From: Candidatus Nomurabacteria bacterium
Lineage (GTDB): Bacteria > Patescibacteriota > Minisyncoccia > Phycocordibacterales > UBA9973
NCBI GenBank assembly: GCA_026395995.1
Contig: JAPLXQ010000010.1
Span: forward strand, 146,400 to 210,399
Direction of reading: 5' to 3'
DNA length: 64,000 nucleotides
Below, one piece after another: positions 45,008-55,169 of this stretch (the stretch's first letter is position 1; each line of letters opens with the position of its first letter). The notes under the pieces are model-generated. The model searched no databases, had not been told where the DNA came from, and was given only the letters and a program-made list of their open reading frames with translations. A program made the translations under genes and the position numbers.

Positions 45008-45068
45008 ATATTTAAAAACCTGTTATTGTGACAGGTTTTTTATTTGACAAAACACAAAATAAGAAGTA

Positions 45069-45425
45069 ATGTTAAGAAAAAAATGTATTTTAAAAATAGG
45101 TGAAGAGATGAGTAAAAAGCGGTTATTTACAACATTTAGGATTGAAAAACAATTTTTAAATTCTGAAGTTTCTGAAGAAAAATGGAACGAAATTAATAAT
45201 TATTATAAAGCAGGTATTCTGGTTGAGGGTATAGTTATTAGTAAAAAACGTAAAGGTTTTATGGTTTATGTTTGCCGAGATGTAAAAGCTTATTTACCGT
45301 TTTATTCAACCGGAAAGAAAAATTTTAAACAACATATTTCTCAAAAATTTGAGTTTAAAATTGTAAATATTTTTGAAAATAAAAACAAAGAAAAAGGTAT
45401 ACTTCTTTCTTTGAGAGATATTTAA
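45069..45425 (+). CDS. hypothetical protein
   Basis: ORF track. Confidence 0.3.
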   Translation: MLRKKCILKIGEEMSKKRLFTTFRIEKQFLNSEVSEEKWNEINNYYKAGILVEGIVISKKRKGFMVYVCRDVKAYLPFYSTGKKNFKQHISQKFEFKIVNIFENKNKEKGILLSLRDI

Positions 45426-45467
45426 TTCACAAAAACGCACCAACTAAATGGTGCGTTTTTTTTATTT

Positions 45468-46538
45468 TTAATTCCCAGTATCGTACTTTTCTAGATATGT
45501 AGTGAGTTGGCGATTTACTTTTATGAATGTTGCTCTTTTTGGAAATTCTTTTAGTTGTCTGGCACCGATATATGTAGCAGTACTACGAAGTGCACCCATA
45601 AGTTCTGAAATAAAATCATTCAAATCTCCTTTGTGTGGGATCAATGCATATCTTCCTTCACTAGCTCGATAAGTATCTTTTTTGCCGTAGAAATCCTTCA
45701 TAGCCTTGTTTGAAGATGAACCGAAATATTCTTTGAATTTTTTACCGTCTTTTTCTATGGTCTCACCACCACTTTGCTCAAATCCAGAAAATAGGGAACC
45801 ACACATATTGAAATCTGCTCCACCGCAAAATGCTTTGGCAATGTCTGAAGTATATTGTTGTCCTCCATCAGCAATAATTCTACCTACACCTTTTTCATTG
45901 GAAACTCCATGAGCAGAGTCAGCGCATTCTATGACAGCAGAGAGCTGCGGATATCCGACACCTGTCATTTTTCTAGTAGTACATGCAGCACCAGGGCCGA
46001 TACCAATTTTTACAATATCTGCACCTGCTAGGATTATCTCCTCAGTTATTTCATTGGTGACGACATTACCAGCAATGATGATGTGTTTAGGGCACATTTT
46101 GCGAACATCTTTTATTACTTCGAGAAAATTTTGTAAATATCCATTTGGAACATCGAGACAAATAAAAGAAAATTTCTCTAATAAACCTTTTTGTTTCATT
46201 GATTTCATCTGTTTAATATCTTGTTCACGAATACCAGAAGTGTAACAGATATAGTCTGGATTTTTAAAAGTTTTGAAAAAGTTTTCATAATCTTTTACAG
46301 AATAGTATTTATGAAAAGTCGTAATCATTTTATACTTTGAAAGTATTTTAGCTATTTCAAAAGTACCACAGGTGGCCATATTGGCAGTCATTATCGGTAT
46401 GCCAGTCCATTCCTTGGGTGAGTGGTAGAAAGTAAAGGTTCTTTCTAGTATAACGTCTTTTCGGGACTCAATAGTACTTCTTTTGGGTCTTAATAATACA
46501 TCCTGATAATCTAATTTTATTTCATCTAATATTCTCAT
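45468..46538 (-). CDS. guaC: GMP reductase
   Basis: N-terminus MRILDEIKLDYQDVLLRPKRST compares with E. coli GuaC [31 protein letters not shown] TIM-barrel motifs (GIGPGAACTTR, catalytic Cys). Confidence 0.85.
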   Translation of the reverse strand: MRILDEIKLDYQDVLLRPKRSTIESRKDVILERTFTFYHSPKEWTGIPIMTANMATCGTFEIAKILSKYKMITTFHKYYSVKDYENFFKTFKNPDYICYTSGIREQDIKQMKSMKQKGLLEKFSFICLDVPNGYLQNFLEVIKDVRKMCPKHIIIAGNVVTNEITEEIILAGADIVKIGIGPGAACTTRKMTGVGYPQLSAVIECADSAHGVSNEKGVGRIIADGGQQYTSDIAKAFCGGADFNMCGSLFSGFEQSGGETIEKDGKKFKEYFGSSSNKAMKDFYGKKDTYRASEGRYALIPHKGDLNDFISELMGALRSTATYIGARQLKEFPKRATFIKVNRQLTTYLEKYDTGN

Positions 46539-46611
46539 ATATTGTAAGTATACATTAATTTTTTACTTTTAAAAATAGGCTATATTTAGTATTTATTTAC
46601 TTTATTTATTT

Positions 46612-46884
46612 TTGATATATAATATAAATATGAAAAATGAAGTACCCAAAGACCCAAATCAGCTTGATGCTTTTAAAGATTTCGGCCCACAAAAAGACAA
46701 AGAAGGGCGAACCCTTGAGGATATTAAAAATGCAACTAAAAGCCTAAAACCAGAGGTTTTAAATTCTATTGTCTTTAAAGATGGTAAATATTTAATAGAA
46801 GGAATTGATGCTGACGAGTGGATTGCAACTGACCGAAGATTAAATGGTGAAGACCCATCAGCTCCTTGGTATAAAAATATATAA
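46612..46884 (+). CDS. hypothetical small protein
   Basis: ORF track. Confidence 0.3.
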   Translation: MIYNINMKNEVPKDPNQLDAFKDFGPQKDKEGRTLEDIKNATKSLKPEVLNSIVFKDGKYLIEGIDADEWIATDRRLNGEDPSAPWYKNI

Positions 46885-48408
46885 TTAAGCGAAACCAGGG
46901 AAGAAGTCTATTTTAATATTACTACTAGGTACTCCCATAGATTTGAGAGTATTTTCAAATGCATCCACCATGCTATGTGGTCCAGAAATATAATAAATTT
47001 TATTTAAATAATTTGGAATTTCTTTGGCTATTACTTGGGCATTAATAAATCCAGCTTGCATATTTTCAGTCAATATTTCACCTTTATCTGTAATGGAATA
47101 AACTGTCTTTATTCCAAGTTCTTTTTGGGCTCGATCAAAAACATCCTTATAGGCAATATCTGAAACTTTTTTATTTGAATAGAGTACTGTAATATTTCTC
47201 TTTTCTTTTTTATCTATTAAATATTGAACCATACTTCTAAATGGTGTGACGCCAATACCTCCTGCAATAAATACTAAACCAAAACCTTTTTCTTTTGGTA
47301 AAACGAAGTCACCTGATTTTTGGGCGACAATGATTTCTCCGCCGACAGGCAAGGCTAATAAATGATTTTTAAAACTACTTGGTTCTGGGTAAAATTTTAC
47401 TCCTAAATGAATATCTTGTTCGGTAGGAGAGGAAGCTAGTGTAAAATATCTTCGGTTGCCACGAGAGTCTGGATCACGATGTTTGAGAGTCCATTCCATA
47501 TATTGTCCTGGTTTAAAAGAGAAATCTTGGTCTTTGGTAAAAATAAAATCAAAAGTATCGGTGGCTACTTGGACTCGGTCTTTTAATTTTAAGAATAGTT
47601 TTTCTTTTGGACTAACCAAATAAGCAAAAATATTTCCTATCACCAATGCAAGCTCTGGAGAAGAATAAATTCCACCTATATGTAATGATGGTGTAAATAA
47701 GGCTCCGACTATTATTCCAAAAACAACACGAAGCCATCTTGTAGTAGGTGCGGTGAGTGGCTCGGTAAGCATAATAAAAGCAAAGAAAAAGAAAGCGGAA
47801 TTTGCCATTGTTTTGAATAAAGCTGTCGGAATATTTGAACCTTTTAGCACTGTCAGTATTGTTACTGTTATTAATGCTGAAACAATAAAGCTAAAAAATA
47901 AATCAGCTCGACGAATTTTTCTTATTACCAAAAATCCACCAATCAATACTATTGGTAACATTGTCGGTGTTCCTATCCACCAAGAGGCAAATTGATTGAT
48001 TGTAAAAGCTGTCAGTACGACAGCAAAAGCTGCAGGGTTAAAAAGATGTTTTCGTCCAATTGCAAATATATATTTTGAAGCCATTGCCCAGATAGATGCC
48101 CAAATAGCAAATGGTAAAAATTCTGTATATACACCTCCTTGTGCTGGTGTGATTATAAAAAATAAAATTAAGGCTGTAATGTAGACAGATTCGACATTGG
48201 TCGGTGCGTCATAAGCATAAGAAAAAACCAGATTGGATATCCATGAGATAAATAAAATGATAAGTAATGAAGAAATAAGGTCGAGTGGGGTATAAGGTAA
48301 AAATTTAAATACAGATAATAAAAGAGCAAAAATAAAAAAAGACATAAGAATATAAAGAACTATTCTGTACATTGTTATTTTATTTAAAAAGTTGTCTATG
48401 TGGTTCAT
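46885..48408 (-). CDS. membrane oxidoreductase: polytopic N-terminal domain fused to an FNR-like FAD/NAD(P)-binding module
   Basis: ~8 TM helices, then RRYFTLASSP (RxYS FAD motif) and GGIGVTPFRSM (NAD-binding). NqrF/ferric-reductase-like. Confidence 0.6.
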   Translation of the reverse strand: MNHIDNFLNKITMYRIVLYILMSFFIFALLLSVFKFLPYTPLDLISSLLIILFISWISNLVFSYAYDAPTNVESVYITALILFFIITPAQGGVYTEFLPFAIWASIWAMASKYIFAIGRKHLFNPAAFAVVLTAFTINQFASWWIGTPTMLPIVLIGGFLVIRKIRRADLFFSFIVSALITVTILTVLKGSNIPTALFKTMANSAFFFFAFIMLTEPLTAPTTRWLRVVFGIIVGALFTPSLHIGGIYSSPELALVIGNIFAYLVSPKEKLFLKLKDRVQVATDTFDFIFTKDQDFSFKPGQYMEWTLKHRDPDSRGNRRYFTLASSPTEQDIHLGVKFYPEPSSFKNHLLALPVGGEIIVAQKSGDFVLPKEKGFGLVFIAGGIGVTPFRSMVQYLIDKKEKRNITVLYSNKKVSDIAYKDVFDRAQKELGIKTVYSITDKGEILTENMQAGFINAQVIAKEIPNYLNKIYYISGPHSMVDAFENTLKSMGVPSSNIKIDFFPGFA

Positions 48409-48409
48409 A

Positions 48410-49174
48410 TTATTGTTTTGTATAATTGTTAAAATTTGTTGTCATTGTGGCTATACCATTTTTATCTATCATATATGCTTCGAAACCATTGAGTTTTTCT
48501 ATAAAATAGATCCCTTGTTTTCCCATCGCATATGCCGCTGTAGCAAATCTGTCTGCTTCAAAAATATTTGGTCCAATGACAGTGATACTCGATATATCTT
48601 CTATTGTATCATTTTTATCTTTTGGATTATAAATATGATTACCTCGAACATAGTTTCCAGAAGTCGCTATACCTTCACCACTGACATATATTTTTTTTAT
48701 AATTTCTCTTTTTTTACTGAAAGGATTTTGAATACCTATACACCACGTATCACCATTTTCATTTTTACCAGAAGTCTGAATATCACCACCTGCTTCGACT
48801 GTAAAATTTTTTACACCGTGATTTTTTAATATTTCACTAGCATTAAAAATAGACCAACCTTTTACTAGTCCAGATGGGTCATAAGTTCCATCTGGAGTCA
48901 CTATATCAAAATATCCATCTGTTAATTTCTTTGTTTCTTCTGAAAGCTCAAAAACTTTTTTCATATCTTCACTCATTCCTGCCTGCGCAGGCAGGTTAGC
49001 TTCTTTAATTTTATTATTTATTGCTGTAATTTCACTAGTGTCTTTATAAGTGCTAAATTTACTATCAACATATTTAAAGTAATCAAAAGCTTCATTAAAA
49101 AGTTCTTGCCTAGCTTCTTGATTATTAATTTCAATAATAATGGGAGTTCCCATGATAATTTGTTCCTGTTTCAT
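48410..49174 (-). CDS. apbE: FAD:protein FMN transferase (ApbE family)
   Basis: N-terminal IMGTPIII, ApbE-like length and C-terminal Mg/FAD-binding region. Confidence 0.65.
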   Translation of the reverse strand: MKQEQIIMGTPIIIEINNQEARQELFNEAFDYFKYVDSKFSTYKDTSEITAINNKIKEANLPAQAGMSEDMKKVFELSEETKKLTDGYFDIVTPDGTYDPSGLVKGWSIFNASEILKNHGVKNFTVEAGGDIQTSGKNENGDTWCIGIQNPFSKKREIIKKIYVSGEGIATSGNYVRGNHIYNPKDKNDTIEDISSITVIGPNIFEADRFATAAYAMGKQGIYFIEKLNGFEAYMIDKNGIATMTTNFNNYTKQ

Positions 49175-49181
49175 TTTATAT

Positions 49182-49718
49182 TTAAGCTTGAGCTAAAGCT
49201 GATGCTAAAGATTGACGATAGGCTTCACTAGTGTATGAGGCACCAGAAACAGTGTCGACGTTTGAGTCTTGTAAAGCAATAGCTTCACTGATTAAGTAGG
49301 GCATAGCATAGTTGTTTATTCTAGTTGAGTTTCCACCTCGTGGATGGTCTAGGAATTGAACATCAGCTATTTTGCCACCAGAAATAACAACCTTAACTTG
49401 AACATAGCCATATGATGCATCAACAGAGTCACCAGTGTAGGTGCCATTTCTGTATTTACCAGTATTTATTACTGGTGGAGGTGGAGTAGGAGTTGGTTTT
49501 GGAGTGGGTGTTGGGGTGGTTTTTACTTCAGGTTTAATAATAGCTGGAACAACTGGTTCTATTACAATTTGGTTGTATTGTGGAAGATTTAAAGCAACTG
49601 GCGGTTTGTTTGGTCTTGGTTTTAAGGCGACAGGGGCTTCAGCTCCCAAAATACGCACATGCAATATGTATGCGCCGAAGCTAAATATTAATAATGATGA
49701 TAAAATTATTTTTTTCAT
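49182..49718 (-). CDS. secreted FMN-binding-domain protein (ApbE substrate) with a Pro/Thr-rich linker
   Basis: Signal peptide/TM, PTPTPKPTPTPPPP linker, flavinylation motif DTVSGASYTS (Dxx[ST]GA[ST]). Confidence 0.65.
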   Translation of the reverse strand: MKKIILSSLLIFSFGAYILHVRILGAEAPVALKPRPNKPPVALNLPQYNQIVIEPVVPAIIKPEVKTTPTPTPKPTPTPPPPVINTGKYRNGTYTGDSVDASYGYVQVKVVISGGKIADVQFLDHPRGGNSTRINNYAMPYLISEAIALQDSNVDTVSGASYTSEAYRQSLASALAQA

Positions 49719-49770
49719 AAAACTTTTTATATTCTATAGATTGAAAATGAATTCTTCATGAAGTTGTTTT

Positions 49771-50679
49771 TTAATCATCATTTTCTGATCTATTAAAATC
49801 TTCATTTTCAATATCGTTACCATGTTTTTCAAAGTTGTTATCATCTTCAATACCACGTTTTATTGTGTTTGAAAGCATTAATAATTTTGCTGAATTCGTA
49901 GTATTTATAGATGTTTGAAATTTTTCTATAGAATTTGTGTAGTCTATGCTTGTGATTAATATTTTACCTTCTTCTATTGAAGTTTCAGCTGAAGATAATT
50001 TGCTGCTTATTTGATTTTGTATATTTGTAGATAAATTTATTTTTTCTTTTTGATAACTAAGTTTTGCAGAATTTAATAAATTTTCTGCAGCCCTTTGCTT
50101 GTCGAGCGCTAAAACAGAATTGTCTATGGTTTGTGCGGGGATAGATGTATCTAATGGTATTACTCCGACATTTGTCTCTAGGTTTTGATTATCAGTATTG
50201 ATTTTTTTAGTAGCTTCATCTATGTTTGAAATAAGTTTTTGGTTTTCTATTTTAGTATTTTCATTAAGAACTACCTCTGTCGAAAGATTCTCTAAAACAC
50301 TTTTATAAGCGTTGAGGGATGCTTGAAGTCTGATATTTAAATCAGATGAATTTACCGATTGGTTTTTTTGTAAAGAGAGTGCATTTACATTTGTATTAAA
50401 TTCTGTAATTTGACTTGATATTTGATTTTGGAGGTCTAGTCTAGTGGCCTCGTCTAGATTGTTATTGGAAATTAATTTTTGAGCTTCATCTAGTCGTCTC
50501 TCGACTATACGTTCTTGCCATTCAGTTTTTTCTTCTTTCGTAAACGCAAAAACTCCAGCGACCGGCTCATTGATATGAACTTTTACCCCATACAAAAAAT
50601 CTCCGGGAATAGACTTTTCGGCTATAGTCGCCGTACCTCCTGTGATAGCTATCACTAATGCAATAATAAATGGTATCAT
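49771..50679 (-). CDS. hypothetical membrane-anchored coiled-coil protein
   Basis: N-terminal TM helix, long Q/N/S-rich coiled coil. Confidence 0.3.
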   Translation of the reverse strand: MIPFIIALVIAITGGTATIAEKSIPGDFLYGVKVHINEPVAGVFAFTKEEKTEWQERIVERRLDEAQKLISNNNLDEATRLDLQNQISSQITEFNTNVNALSLQKNQSVNSSDLNIRLQASLNAYKSVLENLSTEVVLNENTKIENQKLISNIDEATKKINTDNQNLETNVGVIPLDTSIPAQTIDNSVLALDKQRAAENLLNSAKLSYQKEKINLSTNIQNQISSKLSSAETSIEEGKILITSIDYTNSIEKFQTSINTTNSAKLLMLSNTIKRGIEDDNNFEKHGNDIENEDFNRSENDD

Positions 50680-50719
50680 ATCTAAATTATAGCATTAAAA
50701 GCTATTTTATTACAAAATT

Positions 50720-52984
50720 ATGAATACAAAAAATTACAAAGTAAAAGGAATGCATTGTGCGAGTTGTGCCAGTATTATCGAGCGCACTATGAAAAAAATT
50801 GATGGTGTATCAGAAGTTTCCGTAAACCCCGGTACTGAGAGTGCTAAAATTTCTTATGATGAAAGTAAGACTAATCCAGAAAGTTTAAACACAAAACTCG
50901 AAATACTTGGATATTCTTTAGGTTTAGAAAAACCACTAACTAGGACTGTCCTAGTTAGTGCTAAAGATGAAAAGTTGACTGAACTTAAATCAATGAAGTT
51001 AAAAATTATTTCAGCAATTCCTCTTGCAGTGATAAGTATTTTTGTAATGGCTTGGGATATTTTAGCTCAGTTTAAAACACAGTATAGTATGCCGTTGGTT
51101 TGGTCAGAATTTTTTCATCATCTTTTGCCTTTAATGGCGACATATATGCTCTTTGTTGTAGGTAAGCCTTATCTACAAGGTTTTTATCGTTTCCTTAAAA
51201 CAGGCAAAGCAAATATGGATACATTGATCGGGCTCGGCACGAGTGTCGCTTATATTTACAGCTTCATTGTCGGAGCTTTTGAAGAAACATTACTTAAAGA
51301 TTTTCCTAATGTTGGCGTGACGTATTTTGATGTGACGATTATTGTCATCACTTTTATCGCCCTTGGAAAATATTTGGAAACTCGTTCAAAGTTAAAAACA
51401 GGTGATGCAATAGAAAAACTTTTAAACTTACAAGCAAAAACTGCGCTCGTCGTTCGTGCGGGAAAAGAAATAGAAATTTCTGTGAATGAAGTTGTTCATG
51501 GAGATATTATTATTATCAAACCGGGAGCAAAAATTCCCGTGGACGGAACCATAGTAGAAGGGAATTCTTTTGTCGATGAATCAATGGTGACAGGTGAACC
51601 AATGCCAGTGAAAAAAAATATTGGAGATGTCGTAGTCGCAGGGACGATAAATACGACAGGCACTTTTAATTTCAAAGCCACAAAAGTCGGTAATGAAACA
51701 CTTCTAGCACAAATTATAAAAATGGTTGAAGAAGCGCAGAGTAGTAAAGCACCGATTCAAGCCATCGCTGATAAAATTTCGGCAATCTTTGTACCAATTG
51801 TTTTAGTAATTGCATTTATCACGCTCGGAGCTTGGCTTTTCTTTGCTTCAGGTCCGCTTGGTTTTTCACAAGCACTTTCTTTTGGGCTTATGTCATTTGT
51901 GGGCGTGCTGGTAATTGCTTGCCCTTGCGCGCTTGGCCTCGCTACACCGACGGCGATCATCGTCGGCGTTGGTAAAGGTGCCAAAGAAGGAATTTTAATT
52001 AAAGACGCAGCGACACTCGAGAAGCTCCATAAAGTAGATACTGTTATCGTCGACAAGACAGGTACGATAACAATCGGCAAGCCAACGCTCGTTGATATAG
52101 AAATTTTGTCGGCTGTAAAAGAGCCAGAATTTATTTCAATCATTGCATCATTAGAAAAAAAGTCAGAACATCCTATTGCTCACGCAATCCTTGAATTTGT
52201 GAAGGAAGGTCCTTCACAAATTTATGAAGTTTCAAATTTTGAAAACATAGAAGGTAAGGGAATCAAAGGAACAGTAAATGGAATTGAATATTTTGTCGGT
52301 AATGTGAAAATGATAAAAGATTTAGGAATTAATTTTGATGCGACAAAAATAGAACAATATACAATGCAGGGTAAAACTCCAGTCATTCTCGCGACAAAAG
52401 ATTCAGTCATTGGTTTTTTGACTGTCGCTGATGAAGTTAAAATTGAATCAAAACAAGCCATTACAGATTTGCACAAACTCGGCATCAAAGTAATTATGCT
52501 CACCGGCGATGATGAGAAAGCTGGAAAATATATGGCGTCACTCGTCGGCATCGATGAAGTCGTGGCGCATGTGATGCCAGTGGACAAGCTCGCGAAGATA
52601 AAAGAATTGCAAAATAGCGGGCGCGTCGTCGCTATGGCCGGAGACGGCGTGAACGACGCGCCCGCCCTAGCCCAAGCCGATGTCGGCATTGCTATGGGCA
52701 CAGGCACCGATGTGGCTATCGAGTCGGCAGGAATCACACTTCTCAATGGAGATATTTCCAAGCTCGTAAAAGCGATCAAACTTTCAAAAATCACCATGCG
52801 CGGAATTAAACAAAATCTTTTCTGGGCTTTCATATATAATATAGTAGGCATCCCGCTCGCCGCCGGCCTTTTCTACCCAATCTTCGGCTGGCTCCTGAAC
52901 CCCGTCTTCGCCGGCCTCGCAATGGCATTCTCCAGCGTTTCCGTCGTGTCGAATTCACTTAGAATTAAAATTAAAAAAATATAA
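50720..52984 (+). CDS. copA: copper-translocating P1B-type ATPase
   Basis: HMA domain [15 protein letters not shown] motif ([11 protein letters not shown]), DKTGT phosphorylation site, [10 protein letters not shown]. Confidence 0.92.
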   Translation: MNTKNYKVKGMHCASCASIIERTMKKIDGVSEVSVNPGTESAKISYDESKTNPESLNTKLEILGYSLGLEKPLTRTVLVSAKDEKLTELKSMKLKIISAIPLAVISIFVMAWDILAQFKTQYSMPLVWSEFFHHLLPLMATYMLFVVGKPYLQGFYRFLKTGKANMDTLIGLGTSVAYIYSFIVGAFEETLLKDFPNVGVTYFDVTIIVITFIALGKYLETRSKLKTGDAIEKLLNLQAKTALVVRAGKEIEISVNEVVHGDIIIIKPGAKIPVDGTIVEGNSFVDESMVTGEPMPVKKNIGDVVVAGTINTTGTFNFKATKVGNETLLAQIIKMVEEAQSSKAPIQAIADKISAIFVPIVLVIAFITLGAWLFFASGPLGFSQALSFGLMSFVGVLVIACPCALGLATPTAIIVGVGKGAKEGILIKDAATLEKLHKVDTVIVDKTGTITIGKPTLVDIEILSAVKEPEFISIIASLEKKSEHPIAHAILEFVKEGPSQIYEVSNFENIEGKGIKGTVNGIEYFVGNVKMIKDLGINFDATKIEQYTMQGKTPVILATKDSVIGFLTVADEVKIESKQAITDLHKLGIKVIMLTGDDEKAGKYMASLVGIDEVVAHVMPVDKLAKIKELQNSGRVVAMAGDGVNDAPALAQADVGIAMGTGTDVAIESAGITLLNGDISKLVKAIKLSKITMRGIKQNLFWAFIYNIVGIPLAAGLFYPIFGWLLNPVFAGLAMAFSSVSVVSNSLRIKIKKI

Positions 52985-52986
52985 TT

Positions 52987-54036
52987 ATGAAAAAATACAC
53001 ATTACATGTTTCGGGGACACATTGCGCATCGTGCAAGATATTGATTGAAGATATTTTGATGGATTCGACAAGCTCACCACAAGCCGAGCAAATTTTAGTT
53101 AAAAGTGCAAAAGTAGATTTAAAAAAAGAAATAGTTGAAATTGAAACTGATAGTGAAAAACCAGTTGAGGAATTAGTAAATATTTTAAATGAAAAAGTTA
53201 AAGGGAATAAATATACTCTTTCACTAGAAGAAATCGTTAGGCAAGACCTAACGATTTCTGACGATGTGATTTGGAAAGCGATACCTATTGGTTTAGTTTT
53301 TTTAGTATTATTTTTTCTTCTACAAAAATCAGGACTGCTCAATCTCGGCATTGGTGGCAAGACGACACCGACGACGAGTTTTATTATCGGAATTATCGCT
53401 TCGCTTTCGAGCTGTCTCGCAATCGTCGGCGGGCTGGTCCTTTCTTTATCTGCCAAAGTCGCGCAGGATGACCAAGGCAATCCAAAGTCTACAAAGAAAC
53501 CTTTCATCCTTTTCCACGCAGGGCGATTGCTCGGCTTCGCGGTACTCGGCGGAGTGCTCGGCCTCGTCGGCAAAGCAATTGGAATAAATTTTATTTTCTC
53601 AGCAATTCTCGGAATTATTGCATCTGTCGTGATGATCTTGCTCGGCATAAATTTGCTCGGCATTATCAAGAAAAATAAAATTACCTTGCCAAGCGGAATT
53701 TTTTCCTTTTTTCGAAAAGCTGAACACACGACTTTAGCACCGCTTCTCATTGGTATCGGCACCTTTTTCTTGCCTTGCGGTTTCACTCAATCAATGCAAG
53801 TCTCGGCACTTTCTAGTGGATCTTTTACATCTGGATTTTTAATTATGTTAGCTTTTGCTCTCGGCACATTGCCAGTGCTCGCACTTCTTTCTTTCGGTTC
53901 TGTATCATTCGCACATTCCAAGAATGCACCACTCTTTTTTAAATCTGCGGGAGTGATAGTCCTAGGTCTCGGAATCTTCGCACTCTTGGCAGGGCTGGCA
54001 GGCCTCGGTATTATCAATCCATTATTTAATATATAA
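52987..54036 (+). CDS. heavy-metal-associated (HMA) domain fused to a CcdA/DsbD-type transmembrane domain
   Basis: GTHCASCKILIE HMA motif; 6-8 TM helices with paired Cys (SSCLA..., FLPCGFTQ). Confidence 0.65.
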   Translation: MKKYTLHVSGTHCASCKILIEDILMDSTSSPQAEQILVKSAKVDLKKEIVEIETDSEKPVEELVNILNEKVKGNKYTLSLEEIVRQDLTISDDVIWKAIPIGLVFLVLFFLLQKSGLLNLGIGGKTTPTTSFIIGIIASLSSCLAIVGGLVLSLSAKVAQDDQGNPKSTKKPFILFHAGRLLGFAVLGGVLGLVGKAIGINFIFSAILGIIASVVMILLGINLLGIIKKNKITLPSGIFSFFRKAEHTTLAPLLIGIGTFFLPCGFTQSMQVSALSSGSFTSGFLIMLAFALGTLPVLALLSFGSVSFAHSKNAPLFFKSAGVIVLGLGIFALLAGLAGLGIINPLFNI

Positions 54037-54039
54037 AAT

Positions 54040-54453
54040 ATGAATACAAATAAAATTATTTCAATAGTTGTCACAGTCGCACTCTTGGCCGGCATTATTT
54101 TTATCATTACTAAAAGTCCAAAATCTAAAAATGAAGAAGGTGGAATATATGGTCAATCAGTTGTTTCAAACGTAACAATGAAAGACGGAGTGCAATATAT
54201 AACTATTGATGCGACAAATGGTTACAATCCAAAAATTACAAATGCCAAAGCTGGTATACCAACAAAATTAATTATGAAAACCAATGGAGCTTTTAGTTGT
54301 TCTTCTGCTCTTGTAATTCATTCATTAAATTATCAAAAAATGTTGCCCCAAACAGGGGAGACAGAAATAGATATCGGCATACCAAAAGCCGGCGAGCCAT
54401 TACAAGGCATTTGCGGAATGGGAATGTATAATTTTTCTGTGAATTTTAATTAA
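54040..54453 (+). CDS. small secreted protein, possible metal-binding (Cys/His/Met-containing, cupredoxin-like?)
   Basis: Signal anchor; FSCSSALVIHS and GICGMGMY motifs. Speculative. Confidence 0.3.
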   Translation: MNTNKIISIVVTVALLAGIIFIITKSPKSKNEEGGIYGQSVVSNVTMKDGVQYITIDATNGYNPKITNAKAGIPTKLIMKTNGAFSCSSALVIHSLNYQKMLPQTGETEIDIGIPKAGEPLQGICGMGMYNFSVNFN

Positions 54454-54497
54454 TAAGCCTTCATGAAAATTTCATAAAAAGGTGGTATCATTAAAGA

Positions 54498-55169
54498 ATG
54501 AAGATTCTTTTGGTGGAAGACAATCAAAAATTGGCTGAAAATATTAAACAAGGGCTCGTGCAAGAGAGCTATTCTGTCGATATTATTGAAGATGGAGCTG
54601 TAGCGGAAAAGCGGATTTTAATGAGCGTGACTGATTATGATTTAGTTATTTTAGATCGAATGCTTCCAAATAAAGACGGCGTTTCTATTTGTAAAGAATG
54701 GCGTGAAAAGGGAATTATTATTCCTGTGATAATGCTCACAGCGCTCGATACAGTCGAAGACAAAGTCGATGGTCTCGAAGCTGGTGCAGACGATTATTTA
54801 GCCAAACCTTTCGCCTTCAAAGAATTGTTGGCTCGAATTCACGCATTGCTTCGCCGACCACAATTAATTTTTCCAGAAATGCTTACTTTTGGAAAATTGA
54901 ATTTAAATACAAAATCCAGAGTGGCATATTTCAAAGAAAAACCATTGTCGCTGACATTGAAAGAATTCATGGTCCTAGAATATTTAATGCGTAATCCAAA
55001 TAAAGTAATTACTCGAGATACATTGTATTCACATGCTTGGGATTTTGCCGATTCATCATTTAGTAATACGGTCGACGTACATATTAAAAATTTAAGAAGA
55101 AAAATTAACGACAATGGAAAAATTATCCAAACAGTTCGAGGGGTGGGTTACAAAATGGAAGACAGATAG
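54498..55169 (+). CDS. OmpR-family response regulator
   Basis: Receiver domain (D at LDRMLP), winged-helix C-terminus (RVAYFKEKPLSLTLKEF, GVGYKM). Confidence 0.9.
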   Translation: MKILLVEDNQKLAENIKQGLVQESYSVDIIEDGAVAEKRILMSVTDYDLVILDRMLPNKDGVSICKEWREKGIIIPVIMLTALDTVEDKVDGLEAGADDYLAKPFAFKELLARIHALLRRPQLIFPEMLTFGKLNLNTKSRVAYFKEKPLSLTLKEFMVLEYLMRNPNKVITRDTLYSHAWDFADSSFSNTVDVHIKNLRRKINDNGKIIQTVRGVGYKMEDR

